Below, in pieces: positions 1-13,000 of a stretch of DNA of 64,000 nt. Numbering within the stretch: the stretch's first letter is position 1; each line of letters starts with the position of its first letter. The notes under the pieces were generated by a model, which saw nothing but the letters and a program-made list of their open reading frames with translations, ran no database searches and was not told the DNA's origin. This DNA comes from Auanema rhodensis (Eukaryota > Animalia > Nematoda). The position numbers and the translations under genes are program-made. The stretch covers positions 6,262,001 through 6,326,000 of the forward strand of contig OZ059900.1 in assembly GCA_964057225.1 (NCBI GenBank). Direction: 5' to 3'.

Positions 1-29
1 TACTAAATTTTAACTTTATTTTATTGTAG

Positions 30-1229
30 AATTTGTGGTTGTGTCGCTTTCATAGCTGTACTATTTGTTAACTGTACACATGCCTTGGAGTCACTGAGCA
101 ATGTTGGTGATGATGGTCATGGTCATTCTCATAGCGTTGAGCACGAAGAGCATGTTGATCATTATTCATTTATTCCAGGTTAATACTACTCATAGATATA
201 CCATACTAATTTGATAAATAATGAAAACAAAACCGCATATTTTCAGATTATTATGCTTTTGTGGCTATTTTCGATGTTATACTGAAGTGCATGATTCTTG
301 TGCTAGGATATATTCCTCATATGGGATTGAATCTCGTTTTTCGAATTCTTTTCCATACCATAACACCTTTGAGTGTAGTTAGTGAGTTTAACGTTTTCAA
401 AGCGTTGTAAATTCAATTAAAATATCTAAGTTTATTATGTACTGGGGTTATCCATACCAACATCTATTGGAACATCTAAATTATGGCAATTAGCTGACCC
501 AATCACAACCATAATTTTAACTGCTGTCCTGATTGGTCTCATTGTTCCTAGCTGTAAGTTCAAGTGTTTATAAGCAAAGCTTAATGACAATTTTTATAGT
601 CAAGGAAGTACTTCCTTACTTACTGGTTCATGAGCCAACAGAATTTGAAGAAGATGATTTCCGTTACGCTGTTGGTCAGCGGGTAAATCAAAAAGAAAAC
701 TATGATTGAAATTATTCTGATTTCAGTTTCCTAGTGTCACTATCTCTCATCTTCATGTTTATCGGCAATGGCCTGGAAAACAGTTTGAAGCTTTATTACA
801 CATTGATATTGAGGTAAATATAATACTAACTTTAAAAAATATCGATTTATCCTTTTCAGCTTATCAAATCATCTAGTAACTGGTCAAACGATGCAGCTCA
901 AAGTTTCCAAAGTGTTCAACAGTTTGTTGAAGAATATCTCAAACAAAAAGGAGCCAAAAAAGTACAATTTGCTTAACATTTTCTTGACAATGATTGATTT
1001 TGTTTAGATCGTTATACAGCCTCGCTTCTTGGGTGAATATGAAGATTCCAAGTGGCAGTGGTGCGACGATAATTGCCAGAAAAAAAATCGTGGTTGCTGC
1101 GATAAGCCCGCTGAAGAGGTAATTATTCTCGAAATAAAATAAAATAAAAACCAAAAAAAATAAAAAAAATAAAAACCAAAATATATTGTATCTATTTCTT
1201 AATTTTTAATTTTTTAGGCCGCTAGTTAG
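30..1229 (+). CDS. Cation diffusion facilitator (SLC30/ZnT1, cdf-1-like) zinc transporter, 3' part (5' end outside window), spliced
   Basis: Exons approx. 30-178, 247-~380, ~431-553, 600-682, 728-813, 860-961, 1008-1118, 1218-1229, joined by short GT-AG introns. They give a His-rich loop (DDGHGHSHSVEHEEH), a TM segment LADPITTIILTAVLIGLIV, the C-terminal domain motifs SHLHVY and VIQPRF, and a Cys-rich tail (CDDNCQKKNRGCC) like that of ZnT1-type proteins. Stop TAG at 1227-1229. Confidence 0.8.
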
Positions 1230-2011
1230 ATGATTATTATTTTACAATGCTAGCTCTGGTATGATTCACTTATCCATATCTATGTTTTACAAATTCTTGC
1301 ATCTCAGCAACTAATCATTCAATCATATTATCACATGATCACCTACATCATAGAGACATTATTATCATTTGATTACAAATGCGGCAATTCTAATTTATTA
1401 TTGGTTACAATTTGTATTTTATTCATTTTGAGTGTACTTCTTTCAGTTGTCATAGTTTTCAAGTATACAGTATAATTCACATTCAAATATTGCTATTTTG
1501 CTACTTAGAAATATTATTCTGATAAGCTTTAGTTTATCATCCATCTCAGTTAACCCGTTCTGTTTTTAATCAAAATTTGAAATAAGCTTATATTTTCATG
1601 AATTCCACCTTCTTTAGTCATTTTTTCAAATATCACTAATTTGAGTGCATTAATTATAATTCTTAATATTTGGATTATTATGTTAGAAAATCAGTTTTAA
1701 TAGGATTTATTATTATTTTTCTTATAATTATACATCATATAACTAAAATATATAAAAAACCCATTATTATTCACTTTATCCAATAGAAGCAATAATTAAT
1801 TATTATTTCATTTTTTGTTGTACTATTTTTTATATTTACATATAGATTATGAGAAATTTCCTATTATTCTTATTGATCATGACTTTTAAAAAAGTTTTAA
1901 TTTTTCCAATAAAATAAATATGTGTTGTTTACATCTTCTTCTATTTTTTACAATAGCAAACTAAATATGAATAAGTACACACAAACAGATATGAACTCAC
2001 ACACATATATT

Positions 2012-2045
2012 TATATATATATATATATATATATAATATAATATA
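2012..2045. repeat. (TA)n microsatellite
   Basis: Direct reading: tatatatata... run with one interruption. Confidence 0.9.
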
Positions 2046-2642
2046 ATGGGGTGGTATTAGCAAAAACAATGAACAATTCAAACTTCTCTCATCAATCAAA
2101 CTCTCATGCGGACAAGTTGGTTTAGATTGCATGTAACATTATATCTTATAGATAATAGTAGCAAATAGAAATCTCTAGAATATACTTTTCACACGTGTTT
2201 TTATTGAGCCTTAGAGAACCCATTAGGGTTTAGATGTATCATAATATCACGTTACATTCGTGATAGTTCATATGCAGTGGCAATCTACACTATATCTTTC
2301 TCAGCCTTTTGATTTACTGTTATGTCTCTTTACTGAGATACTTTTTCAGCAAGTAAGCGGCAATATTTATTGGAAATGGTTAGAATAACTATTTGATATA
2401 GTATTACTTGAGCAAAACGGGAAAAGTGCTAATTGAGAAAATGGGAAATGGATATGAGAAAGTTGTTGAAATGAAGATGGTTTTACCATTGGAGTAAAGA
2501 AGAGAGTTCTTGCCAAAGCACACAAGAACCATTCCTTAATCTCAAGAAGGTTATTTCCTCTCATCACTGCTCCTCTTTAAATTAAATTCATCAATTTTTG
2601 TCATTTACAATGTGTCTTTAGTCTTTGTTTTAGAATTTTTCA

Positions 2643-3746
2643 ATGGATGGAATTGGTGGTACTAATGGAATGCCGATTACTTTTCCTACATCAATGTATC
2701 AAGCATCAGACCCTTTTACATTTGCAGCCAATCTGAATCAATTGATAACAGCGTCCACCCAAAACCAACAATCTTCGGAATCTGCTCAGAGAATGCGAGC
2801 ATATGACAATGAGACAAATGGAAACAAGAAATCTGTAGAAGATATTGTAACTATGAACACAAGTTAGTTTTTTTCCACTTTTTTTCACTTTTTTCCTAAT
2901 ATCTTGAGTATTAATACTAGCGAATTGCTGAAATAAGTTTTTCAAAATTCATTTTTTTCTTCAAGTATTATCTCAATATTGTTACTGTGTTTTGGAATCA
3001 TATCATTCATTTACCATTCACACTTCGAAATTAGGCTCAATATTCTGAATTTATTAGAAATACTTAACTTTTTTGTTTATGCCTTCTAGTCTTATGTCAC
3101 ATATAATTACTGTAATCATGACGCTATTGAGTGAATATTTCTGAAATATACTTATTCTTTCAGAGATAAGTGAAATAATGCCCAATTTTTTGGTCAGTTT
3201 GAACGAACAGAAATCAGAAGCAGAAACAAATTCACTCACTCTGCGACGCCAACGACGTCGCCGTAACTCGAGAGTACTATTCTCGGATGAACAAGTTAAA
3301 AAAAAATGAACGGAAAAAAAGAAAGTTATATGTTCAGGTTGATCGCTTGGAAGCACAATATGCCAAACAGTATTACATCACTCCAGAACAAAGAGATAAC
3401 TTAGCATCAGAGTTGAAGTTAACATCTAATCAAGTTAGTTTTTAATCATGAATGAAACAATTTTAAAATACAGTAAAATCTTTAAAGTATCGTTTAAGAT
3501 TAAAATTTGGTTTCAAAATCGCAGGTATAAAGAGAAACGGTTAGCTCAAGATCAATCCCTCCGCGTCAGTCAAATAGCAACAGAAAATGTAAAAACTATT
3601 CATAAATATTAAGATTCTTTAAATCATTTCAGGTATTAAAAAGCGTCATGCAATTTCCTCAGTTTTCAATGACCCACCCTACACAATGGGATTGGAGTGT
3701 GTTTAGCATGCCTTTCGAAGAACAACATGCTCATTCACAAACATAA
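2643..3746 (+). CDS. NK2/NK4-class (NKX2-5/tinman/ceh-28-like) homeobox transcription factor, 5 exons
   Basis: Exons 2643-2862, 3164-3294, 3338-3433, 3499-3588 and 3633-3746 splice in frame. Homeodomain [58 protein letters not shown] has the NK2-diagnostic Tyr54 (WFQNRRY). It is followed by LAQDQSL, resembling the NK4-type post-homeodomain extension. One intron lies at the classical position before IKIWFQN. Confidence 0.88.
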
Positions 3747-4024
3747 CCATTTCTTATCATGATTTTTGTATACCTATATTATTATCATTATTATGCTTTA
3801 TAATATACATATATCAAAAACTTGATTTTAAAAAAATATTTTCTAATGAGCCAATAAACATACAACTTTCACGTATGCACAGTACTAGAAACTTAGAATT
3901 ACATAAGACAGAGCTCTGGTAACATAGTACAATGAATCAGATTGGCAATTTCATGAGTGACAAATTTCGAACTATATTTATATAGAAATTAGACAATTAG
4001 ACAAAACTAATAGTAATAGTAACT

Positions 4025-7000
4025 AGTAATCAAACCTTTCATGACTATGTTCTTGAACATATTCCTGATATCATCTGATAATGAATCTTCAGATATGGAA
4101 TCACTTGCAGAAGTGTTTCCAGAGGGCCTTATGGATTTTCTCTCTGTGCACCTATTTGGCATGGAGAAGATTTTGGAAGATATAACTCGTATGCCACAAG
4201 TTAAATTTGAGAAATGTTTTCCTTAATTAGGATGTTATGATCTATTAGTTGAATTGTTTTCCCAAAGATCGTTGTTATGTTTTGTTAAAATGAATTGTTT
4301 TTGTTTCTACTGTTGTGAAATCTTATACATTCTGAGACTGGTTACAGTATATAGAAATTGTGACAGCATATAACGTTGGCGGGTTCCCAATGGTTCAAAT
4401 AAATATCAATTTCATAACCGGAAAGTTAAACTTTGTCACTCAACGGAGGTCTAATAACTATCACGCACTTGCTGTCACTTGGTTGTACCAGCTTTTGTTC
4501 AAATTTTTAGAAAGTCTCCGGACAACTCTTTCCCACATTTATGATTTTTTTCTTACTATTGAAAACGACTAACCTGATTGTTCTAATTGTGAAGAAAAGT
4601 TTAAGAAGTATTGAACTAGCATCACTTCATTTCCTACAATTAAAAAGATAAATACCATAAATAAACAATTTGAATTGAAAACCCTTGAAGAAAAACCAAA
4701 TTCTTGTTATAGTTACCAATATGGCGTTGAAACTTTCTTTAAAAAACTGGGAATTGTCGTTCGTAAGCCACAAAGTATTAAAACATAATAGTATACAGTC
4801 ATATATAAAAATAATTAATGACACCAAAACTTAATAATGTATATAAACCATAACAAGTATAGGATTACAGTTTTTAAGAATATGATCAATTAATTAGTAC
4901 AAATGAATGCAAATTCTGAAGGAGAAGGGTGAAAGTAATAGTGAAAGGCTAATTTTCAATTTGGTTATCACAATAAAGTGTCTGGGGAATTCATGCGTGT
5001 ACGTGCTCTATGGATAAATGGTTACAGTACACCTTAATTAAGCAAGCTATTTTTTTAAGCTCAATTTTGCATAATATTATTTATTATTATTTATTTGTTG
5101 TTTATTATGTTTATTTTTAATTGTATTTGATAAATTTCGAACTTATAAAATTACAACAACGTTTTAGAAATGAACCAGCCTACTGTAACTCGAAGAGAAG
5201 AATATGGAAACGGTCCGTTTGGAAAGGTCGACACTATGTTTCTTACTTTTTCTTTTATTAATTATTATACAATCAGCGATTGATAATAGACGTATGCTGT
5301 TGGCAAATATTTTATGAACTCTCAGTAACAAGAAATATTCAGTGTAATGTGTATAGTAAAGGCTTAAAATTAATATAGTTAATTTCAGTACCTATTCTAA
5401 TTACGCACGCAGTAGAATGGTCTAAAAAAGGTTGTATATTCTAATAAAAGCAATTAATGAATTTCTTGCTTGATATATGAATGAAGAAAGGCAATCGGGT
5501 ATTAGAATAATTAGGATGAGTCCCGTACGTTGATTATGCTTCATATTAAGGTAAATCATATGCTAAACCCGTGAAAAATCTGGACAAAGAGATATTTACA
5601 GTTTGTTCAAACAAAAGGCTAAAACGATAATTCGACTATTGAGTGAACATAAACGTTGAATATTATTTAGCACATAGGATGCTTCATATTTAAACTTTTT
5701 GCTATTCACTAGCGAAACTTTCGTATTCTGTTTTACGTTTTCTTATCTTTTATTACTCTCATTTTTTGTTTTCAAAGACATAATAATATTAAAATAATTC
5801 TTTCAGAAAAGTTCTTCACAACTTATGAAAAACAGTGCAGGTTAGAAAACCTTTTTGTTGGTTTCGCTTTAGCTATTTTCTATATATATCTAGGCAATGG
5901 AGCTCCGAAAAAGCAGCAGATTACTGAAATATAGGGGCGAGAGAGATGAAAAGAAAAGCGCTACCGTATACAAGGTTATAACTCATAAGGATGACTCTGA
6001 GGAAATACAAGAGGGGACTATAGACAAAGCCACTCTGCTTGAAATGATCCACGGTACTGTATATGAAATTGGTTTAAGGAAAACTGTTAAATTTAGAATG
6101 TTGTCTGAGAACTTCCAGAAAGTTTGATCCAAGAGAAGTCAAATGCGTGGCACCTGTCATTCAAGAACTCTCCAATGGATTCTTAAAAGACATGGGCATG
6201 CTTCGTAAACCTAATGTAATATAAGATTACATTTATTCAAATGATTCTGATCGAATTTAGACCAATTCTAACGTGGCTGACTTCCAAAACATCATCCGAG
6301 TTATTGAAAATGATGATAACGAAGGTAATCAAAACTTTCATGACTATGTTCTTGAACATATTCCTGATATCATTTGTTTATAATCTGATAATGAATCTTC
6401 AGATATAGAATCACTTGCAGAAGTGTTTCCAGAGGGCCTTATGGATTTTCTCTCTGTGCACCTATTTGGCATGGAGAAGATTTTGGAAGATATAACTCGT
6501 ATGCCACAAGTTAAATTTGAGAAATGTTTTCCTTAATTAGGATGTTATGATCTATTAGTTGAATTGTTTTCCCAAAGATCGTTGTTATGTTTTGTTAAAA
6601 TGAATTGTTTTTGTTTCTACTGTTGTGAAATCTTATACATTCTGAGACTGGTTACAGTATATAGAAATTGTGACAGCATATAACGTTGGCGGGTTCCCAA
6701 TGGTTCAAATAAATATCAATTTCATAACCGGAAAGTTAAACTTTGTCACTCAACGGAGGTCTAATAACTATCACGCACTTGCTGTCACTTGGTTGTACCA
6801 GCTTTTGTTCAAATTTTTAGAAAGTCTCCGGACAACTCTTTCCCACATTTATGGTTTTTTTCTTACTATTGAAAGTGACTAACCTGATTGTTCTAATTGT
6901 GAAGAAAAGTTTAAGAAGTATTGAACTAGCATCACTTCATTTTCTACAATTAAAAAGATAAATACCATAAATAAACAATTTGAATTGAAAACCCTTGAAG

Positions 7001-10000
7001 AAAAACCAAATTCTTGTTATAGTTACCAATATGGCGTTGAAACTTTCTTTAAAAAACTGGGAATTGTCGTTCGTAAGCCACAAAGTATTAAAACATAATA
7101 GTATACAGTCATATATAAAAATAATTAATGACACCAAAACTTAATAATGTATATAAACCATAACAAGTATAGGATTACAGTTTTTAAGAATATGATCAAT
7201 TAATTAGTACAAATGAATGCAAATTCTGAAGGAGAAGGGTGAAAGTAATAGTGAAAGGCTAATTTTCAATTTGGTTATCACAATAAAGTGTCTGAGGAAT
7301 TCATGCGTGTACGTGCTCTATGGATAAATGGTTACAGTACACCTTAATTAAGCAAACTATTTTTTTAAGCTCAATTTTGCATAATATTATTTATTATTAT
7401 TTATTTGTTGTTTATTATGTTTATTTTTAATTGTATTTGATAAATTTCGAACTTATAAAATTACAACAACGTTTTAGAAATGAACCAGCCTACTGTAACT
7501 CGAAGAGAAGAATATGGAAACGGTCCGTTTGGAAAGGTCGACACTATGTTTCTTACTTTTTCTTTTATTAATTATTATACAATCAGCGATTGATAATAGA
7601 CGTATGCTGTTGGCAAATATTTTATGAACTCTCAGTAACAAGAAATATTCAGTGTAATGTGTATAGTAAAGGCTTAAAATTAATATAGTTAATTTCAGTA
7701 CCTATTCTAATTACGCACGCAGTAGAATGGTCTAAAAAAGGTTGTATATTCTAATAAAAGCAATTAATGAATTTCTTGCTTGATATATGAATGAAGAAAG
7801 GCAATCGGGTATTAGAATAATTAGGATGAGTCCCGTACGTTGATTATGCTTCATATTAAGGTAAATCATATGCTAAACCCGTGAAAAATCTGGACAAAGA
7901 GATATTTACAGTTTGTTCAAACAAAAGGCTAAAACGATAATTCGACTATTGAGTGAACATAAACGTTGAATATTATTTAGCACATAGGATGCTTCATATT
8001 TAAACTTTTTGCTATTCACTAGCGAAACTTTCGTATTCTGTTTTACGTTTTCTTATCTTTTATTACTCTCATTTTTTGTTTTCAAAGACATAATAATATT
8101 AAAATAATTCTTTCAGAAAAGTTCTTCACAACTTATGAAAAACAGTGCAGGTTAGAAAACCTTTTTGTTGGTTTCGCTTTAGCTATTTTCTATATATATC
8201 TAGGCAATGGAGCTCCGAAAAAGCAGCAGATTACTGAAATATAGGGGCGAGAGAGATGAAAAGAAAAGCGCTACCGTATACAAGGTTATAACTCATAAGG
8301 ATGACTCTGAGGAAATACAAGAGGGGACTATAGACAAAGCCACTCTGCTTGAAATGATCCACGGTACTGTATATGAAATTGGTTTAAGGAAAACTGTTAA
8401 ATTTAGAATGTTGTCTGAGAACTTCCAGAAAGTTTGATCCAAGAGAAGTCAAATGCGTGGCACCTGTCATTCAAGAACTCTCCAATGGATTCTTAAAAGA
8501 CATGGGCATGCTTCGTAAACCTAATGTAATATAAGATTACATTTATTCAAATGATTCTGATCGAATTTAGACCAATTCTAACGTGGCTGACTTCCAAAAC
8601 ATCATCCGAGTTATTGAAAATGATGATAACGAAGGTAATCAAAACTTTCATGACTATGTTCTTGAACATATTCCTGATATCATTTGTTTATAATCTGATA
8701 ATGAATCTTCAGATATAGAATCACTTGCAGAAGTGTTTCCAGAGGGCCTTATGGATTTTCTCTCTGTGCACCTATTTGGCATGGAGAAGATTTTGGAAGA
8801 TATAACTCGTATGCCACAAGTTAAATTTGAGAAATGTTTTCCTTAATTAGGATGTTATGATCTATTAGTTGAATTGTTTTCCCAAAGATCGTTGTTATGT
8901 TTTGTTAAAATGAATTGTTTTTGTTTCTACTGTTGTGAAATCTTATACATTCTGAGACTGGTTACAGTATATAGAAATTGTGACAGCATATAACGTTGGC
9001 GGGTTCCCAATGGTTCAAATAAATATCAATTTCATAACCGGAAAGTTAAACTTTGTCACTCAACGGAGGTCTAATAACTATCACGCACTTGCTGTCACTT
9101 GGTTGTACCAGCTTTTGTTCAAATTTTTAGAAAGTCTCCGGACAACTCTTTCCCACATTTATGGTTTTTTTCTTACTATTGAAAGTGACTAACCTGATTG
9201 TTCTAATTGTGAAGAAAAGTTTAAGAAGTATTGAACTAGCATCACTTCATTTCCTACAATTAAAAAGATAAATACCATAAATAAACAATTTGAATTGAAA
9301 ACCCTTGAAGAAAAACCAAATTCTTGTTATAGTTACCAATATGGCGTTGAAACTTTCTTTAAAAAACTGGGAATTGTCGTTCGTAAGCCACAAAGTATTA
9401 AAACATAATAGTATACAGTCATATATAAAAATAATTAATGACACCAAAACTTAATAATGTATATAAACCATAACAAGTATAGGATTACAGTTTTTAAGAA
9501 TATGATCAATTAATTAGTACAAATGAATGCAAATTCTGAAGGAGAAGGGTGAAAGTAATAGTGAAAGGCTAATTTTCAATTTGGTTATCACAATAAAGTG
9601 TCTGAGGAATTCATGCGTGTACGTGCTCTATGGATAAATGGTTACAGTACACCTTAATTAAGCAAACTATTTTTTTAAGCTCAATTTTGCATAATATTAT
9701 TTATTATTATTTATTTGTTGTTTATTATGTTTATTTTTAATTGTATTTGATAAATTTCGAACTTATAAAATTACAACAACGTTTTAGAAATGAACCAGCC
9801 TACTGTAACTCGAAGAGAAGAATATGGAAACGGTCCGTTTGGAAAGGTCGACACTATGTTTCTTACTTTTTCTTTTATTAATTATTATACAATCAGCGAT
9901 TGATAATAGACGTATGCTGTTGGCAAATATTTTATGAACTCTCAGTAACAAGAAATATTCAGTGTAATGTGTATAGTAAAGGCTTAAAATTAATATAGTT

Positions 10001-13000
10001 AATTTCAGTACCTATTCTAATTACGCACGCAGTAGAATGGTCTAAAAAAGGTTGTATATTCTAATAAAAGCAATTAATGAATTTCTTGCTTGATATATGA
10101 ATGAAGAAAGGCAATCGGGTATTAGAATAATTAGGATGAGTCCCGTACGTTGATTATGCTTCATATTAAGGTAAATCATATGCTAAACCCGTGAAAAATC
10201 TGGACAAAGAGATATTTACAGTTTGTTCAAACAAAAGGCTAAAACGATAATTCGACTATTGAGTGAACATAAACGTTGAATATTATTTAGCACATAGGAT
10301 GCTTCATATTTAAACTTTTTGCTATTCACTAGCGAAACTTTCGTATTCTGTTTTACGTTTTCTTATCTTTTATTACTCTCATTTTTTGTTTTCAAAGACA
10401 TAATAATATTAAAATAATTCTTTCAGAAAAGTTCTTCACAACTTATGAAAAACAGTGCAGGTTAGAAAACCTTTTTGTTGGTTTCGCTTTAGCTATTTTC
10501 TATATATATCTAGGCAATGGAGCTCCGAAAAAGCAGCAGATTACTGAAATATAGGGGCGAGAGAGATGAAAAGAAAAGCGCTACCGTATACAAGGTTATA
10601 ACTCATAAGGATGACTCTGAGGAAATACAAGAGGGGACTATAGACAAAGCCACTCTGCTTGAAATGATCCACGGTACTGTATATGAAATTGGTTTAAGGA
10701 AAACTGTTAAATTTAGAATGTTGTCTGAGAACTTCCAGAAAGTTTGATCCAAGAGAAGTCAAATGCGTGGCACCTGTCATTCAAGAACTCTCCAATGGAT
10801 TCTTAAAAGACATGGGCATGCTTCGTAAACCTAATGTAATATAAGATTACATTTATTCAAATGATTCTGATCGAATTTAGACCAATTCTAACGTGGCTGA
10901 CTTCCAAAACATCATCCGAGTTATTGAAAATGATGATAACGAAGGTAATCAAAACTTTCATGACTATGTTCTTGAACATATTCCTGATATCATTTGTTTA
11001 TAATCTGATAATGAATCTTCAGATATAGAATCACTTGCAGAAGTGTTTCCAGAGGGCCTTATGGATTTTCTCTCTGTGCACCTATTTGGCATGGAGAAGA
11101 TTTTGGAAGATATAACTCGTATGCCACAAGTTAAATTTGAGAAATGTTTTCCTTAATTAGGATGTTATGATCTATTAGTTGAATTGTTTTCCCAAAGATC
11201 GTTGTTATGTTTTGTTAAAATGAATTGTTTTTGTTTCTACTGTTGTGAAATCTTATACATTCTGAGACTGGTTACAGTATATAGAAATTGTGACAGCATA
11301 TAACGTTGGCGGGTTCCCAATGGTTCAAATAAATATCAATTTCATAACCGGAAAGTTAAACTTTGTCACTCAACGGAGGTCTAATAACTATCACGCACTT
11401 GCTGTCACTTGGTTGTACCAGCTTTTGTTCAAATTTTTAGAAATTCTCCGGACAACTCTTTCCCACATTTATGATTTTTTTCTTACTATTGAAAACGACT
11501 AACCTGATTGTTCTAATTGTGAAGAGAGATTTCTAACCAGGGTAATCAAAATTTTCATGAATATGTTCTCGAACATCTTCCTGAAGTTAGTTGTTTATAA
11601 TCTGATAATGAATCTTCAGATATAGAATCACTTGCAGAAGTGTTTCCAGAGGGCCTTATGGATTTTCTCTCTGTGCACCTATTTGGCATGGAGAAGATTT
11701 TGGAAGATATAACTCGTATGCCACAAGTTAAATTTGAGAAATGTTTTCCTTAATTAGGATGTTATGATCTATTAGTTGAATTGTTTTCCCAAAGATCGTT
11801 GTTATGTTTTGTTAAAATGAATTGTTTTTGTTTCTACTGTTGTGAAATCTTATACATTCTGAGACTGGTTACAGTATATAGAAATTGTGACAGCATATAA
11901 CGTTGGCGGGTTCCCAATGGTTCAAATAAATATCAATTTCATAACCGGAAAGTTAAACTTTGTCACTCAACGGAGGTCTAATAACTATCACGCACTTGCT
12001 GTCACTTGGTTGTACCAGCTTTTGTTCAAATTTTTAGAAATTCTCCGGACAACTCTTTCCCACATTTATGGTTTTTTTCTTACTATTGAAAGTGACTAAC
12101 CTGATTGTTTTAATTGTGAAGAAAAGTTTAAGAAATATTGAACTAGCATCACTTCATTTCCTACAATTAAAAAGATAAATACCATAAATAAACAATTTGA
12201 ATTGAAAACCCTTGAAGAAAAACCAAATTCTTGTTATAGTTACCAATATGGCGTTGAAACTTTCTTTAAAAAACTGGGAATTGTCGTTCGTAAGCCACAA
12301 AGTATTAAAACATAATAGTATACAGTCATATATAAAAATAATTAATGACACCAAAACTTAATAATGTATATAAACCATAACAAGTATAGGATTACAGTTT
12401 TTAAGAATATGATCAATTAATTAGTACAAATGAATGCAAATTCTGAAGGAGAAGGGTGAAAGTAATAGTGAAAGGCTAATTTTCAATTTGGTTATCACAA
12501 TAAAGTGTCTGGGGAATTCATGCGTGTACGTGCTCTATGGATAAATGGTTACAGTACACCTTAATTAAGCAAACTATTTTTTTAAGCTCAATTTTGCATA
12601 ATATTATTTATTATTATTTATTTGTTGTTTATTATGTTTATTTTTAATTGTATTTGATAAATTTCGAACTTATAAAATTACAACAACGTTTTAGAAATGA
12701 ACCAGCCTACTGTAACTCGAAGAGAAGAATATGGAAACGGTCCGTTTGGAAAGGTCGACACTATGTTTCTTACTTTTTCTTTTATTAATTATTATACAAT
12801 CAGCGATTGATAATAGACGTATGCTGTTGGCAAATATTTTATGAACTCTCAGTAACAAGAAATATTCAGTGTAATGTGTATAGTAAAGGCTTAAAATTAA
12901 TATAGTTAATTTCAGTACCTATTCTAATTACGCACGCAGTAGAATGGTCTAAAAAAGGTTGTATATTCTAATAAAAGCAATTAATGAATTTCTTGCTTGA

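Noticed and set aside
2222-2233. Telomere-like TTAGGG, plus isolated TTAGGC hits (~3030, ~30105, ~46805)
   Set aside because: Single hexamers are expected by chance; there is no tandem telomeric array.
4627-4827. Minus-strand ORF repeated in each array unit, and similar F/I/L-rich short ORFs (e.g. 20667, 21267, 35579-38591, 40348)
   Set aside because: Composition is typical of AT-rich non-coding DNA with no splice structure; recurrence merely reflects the DNA repeat.
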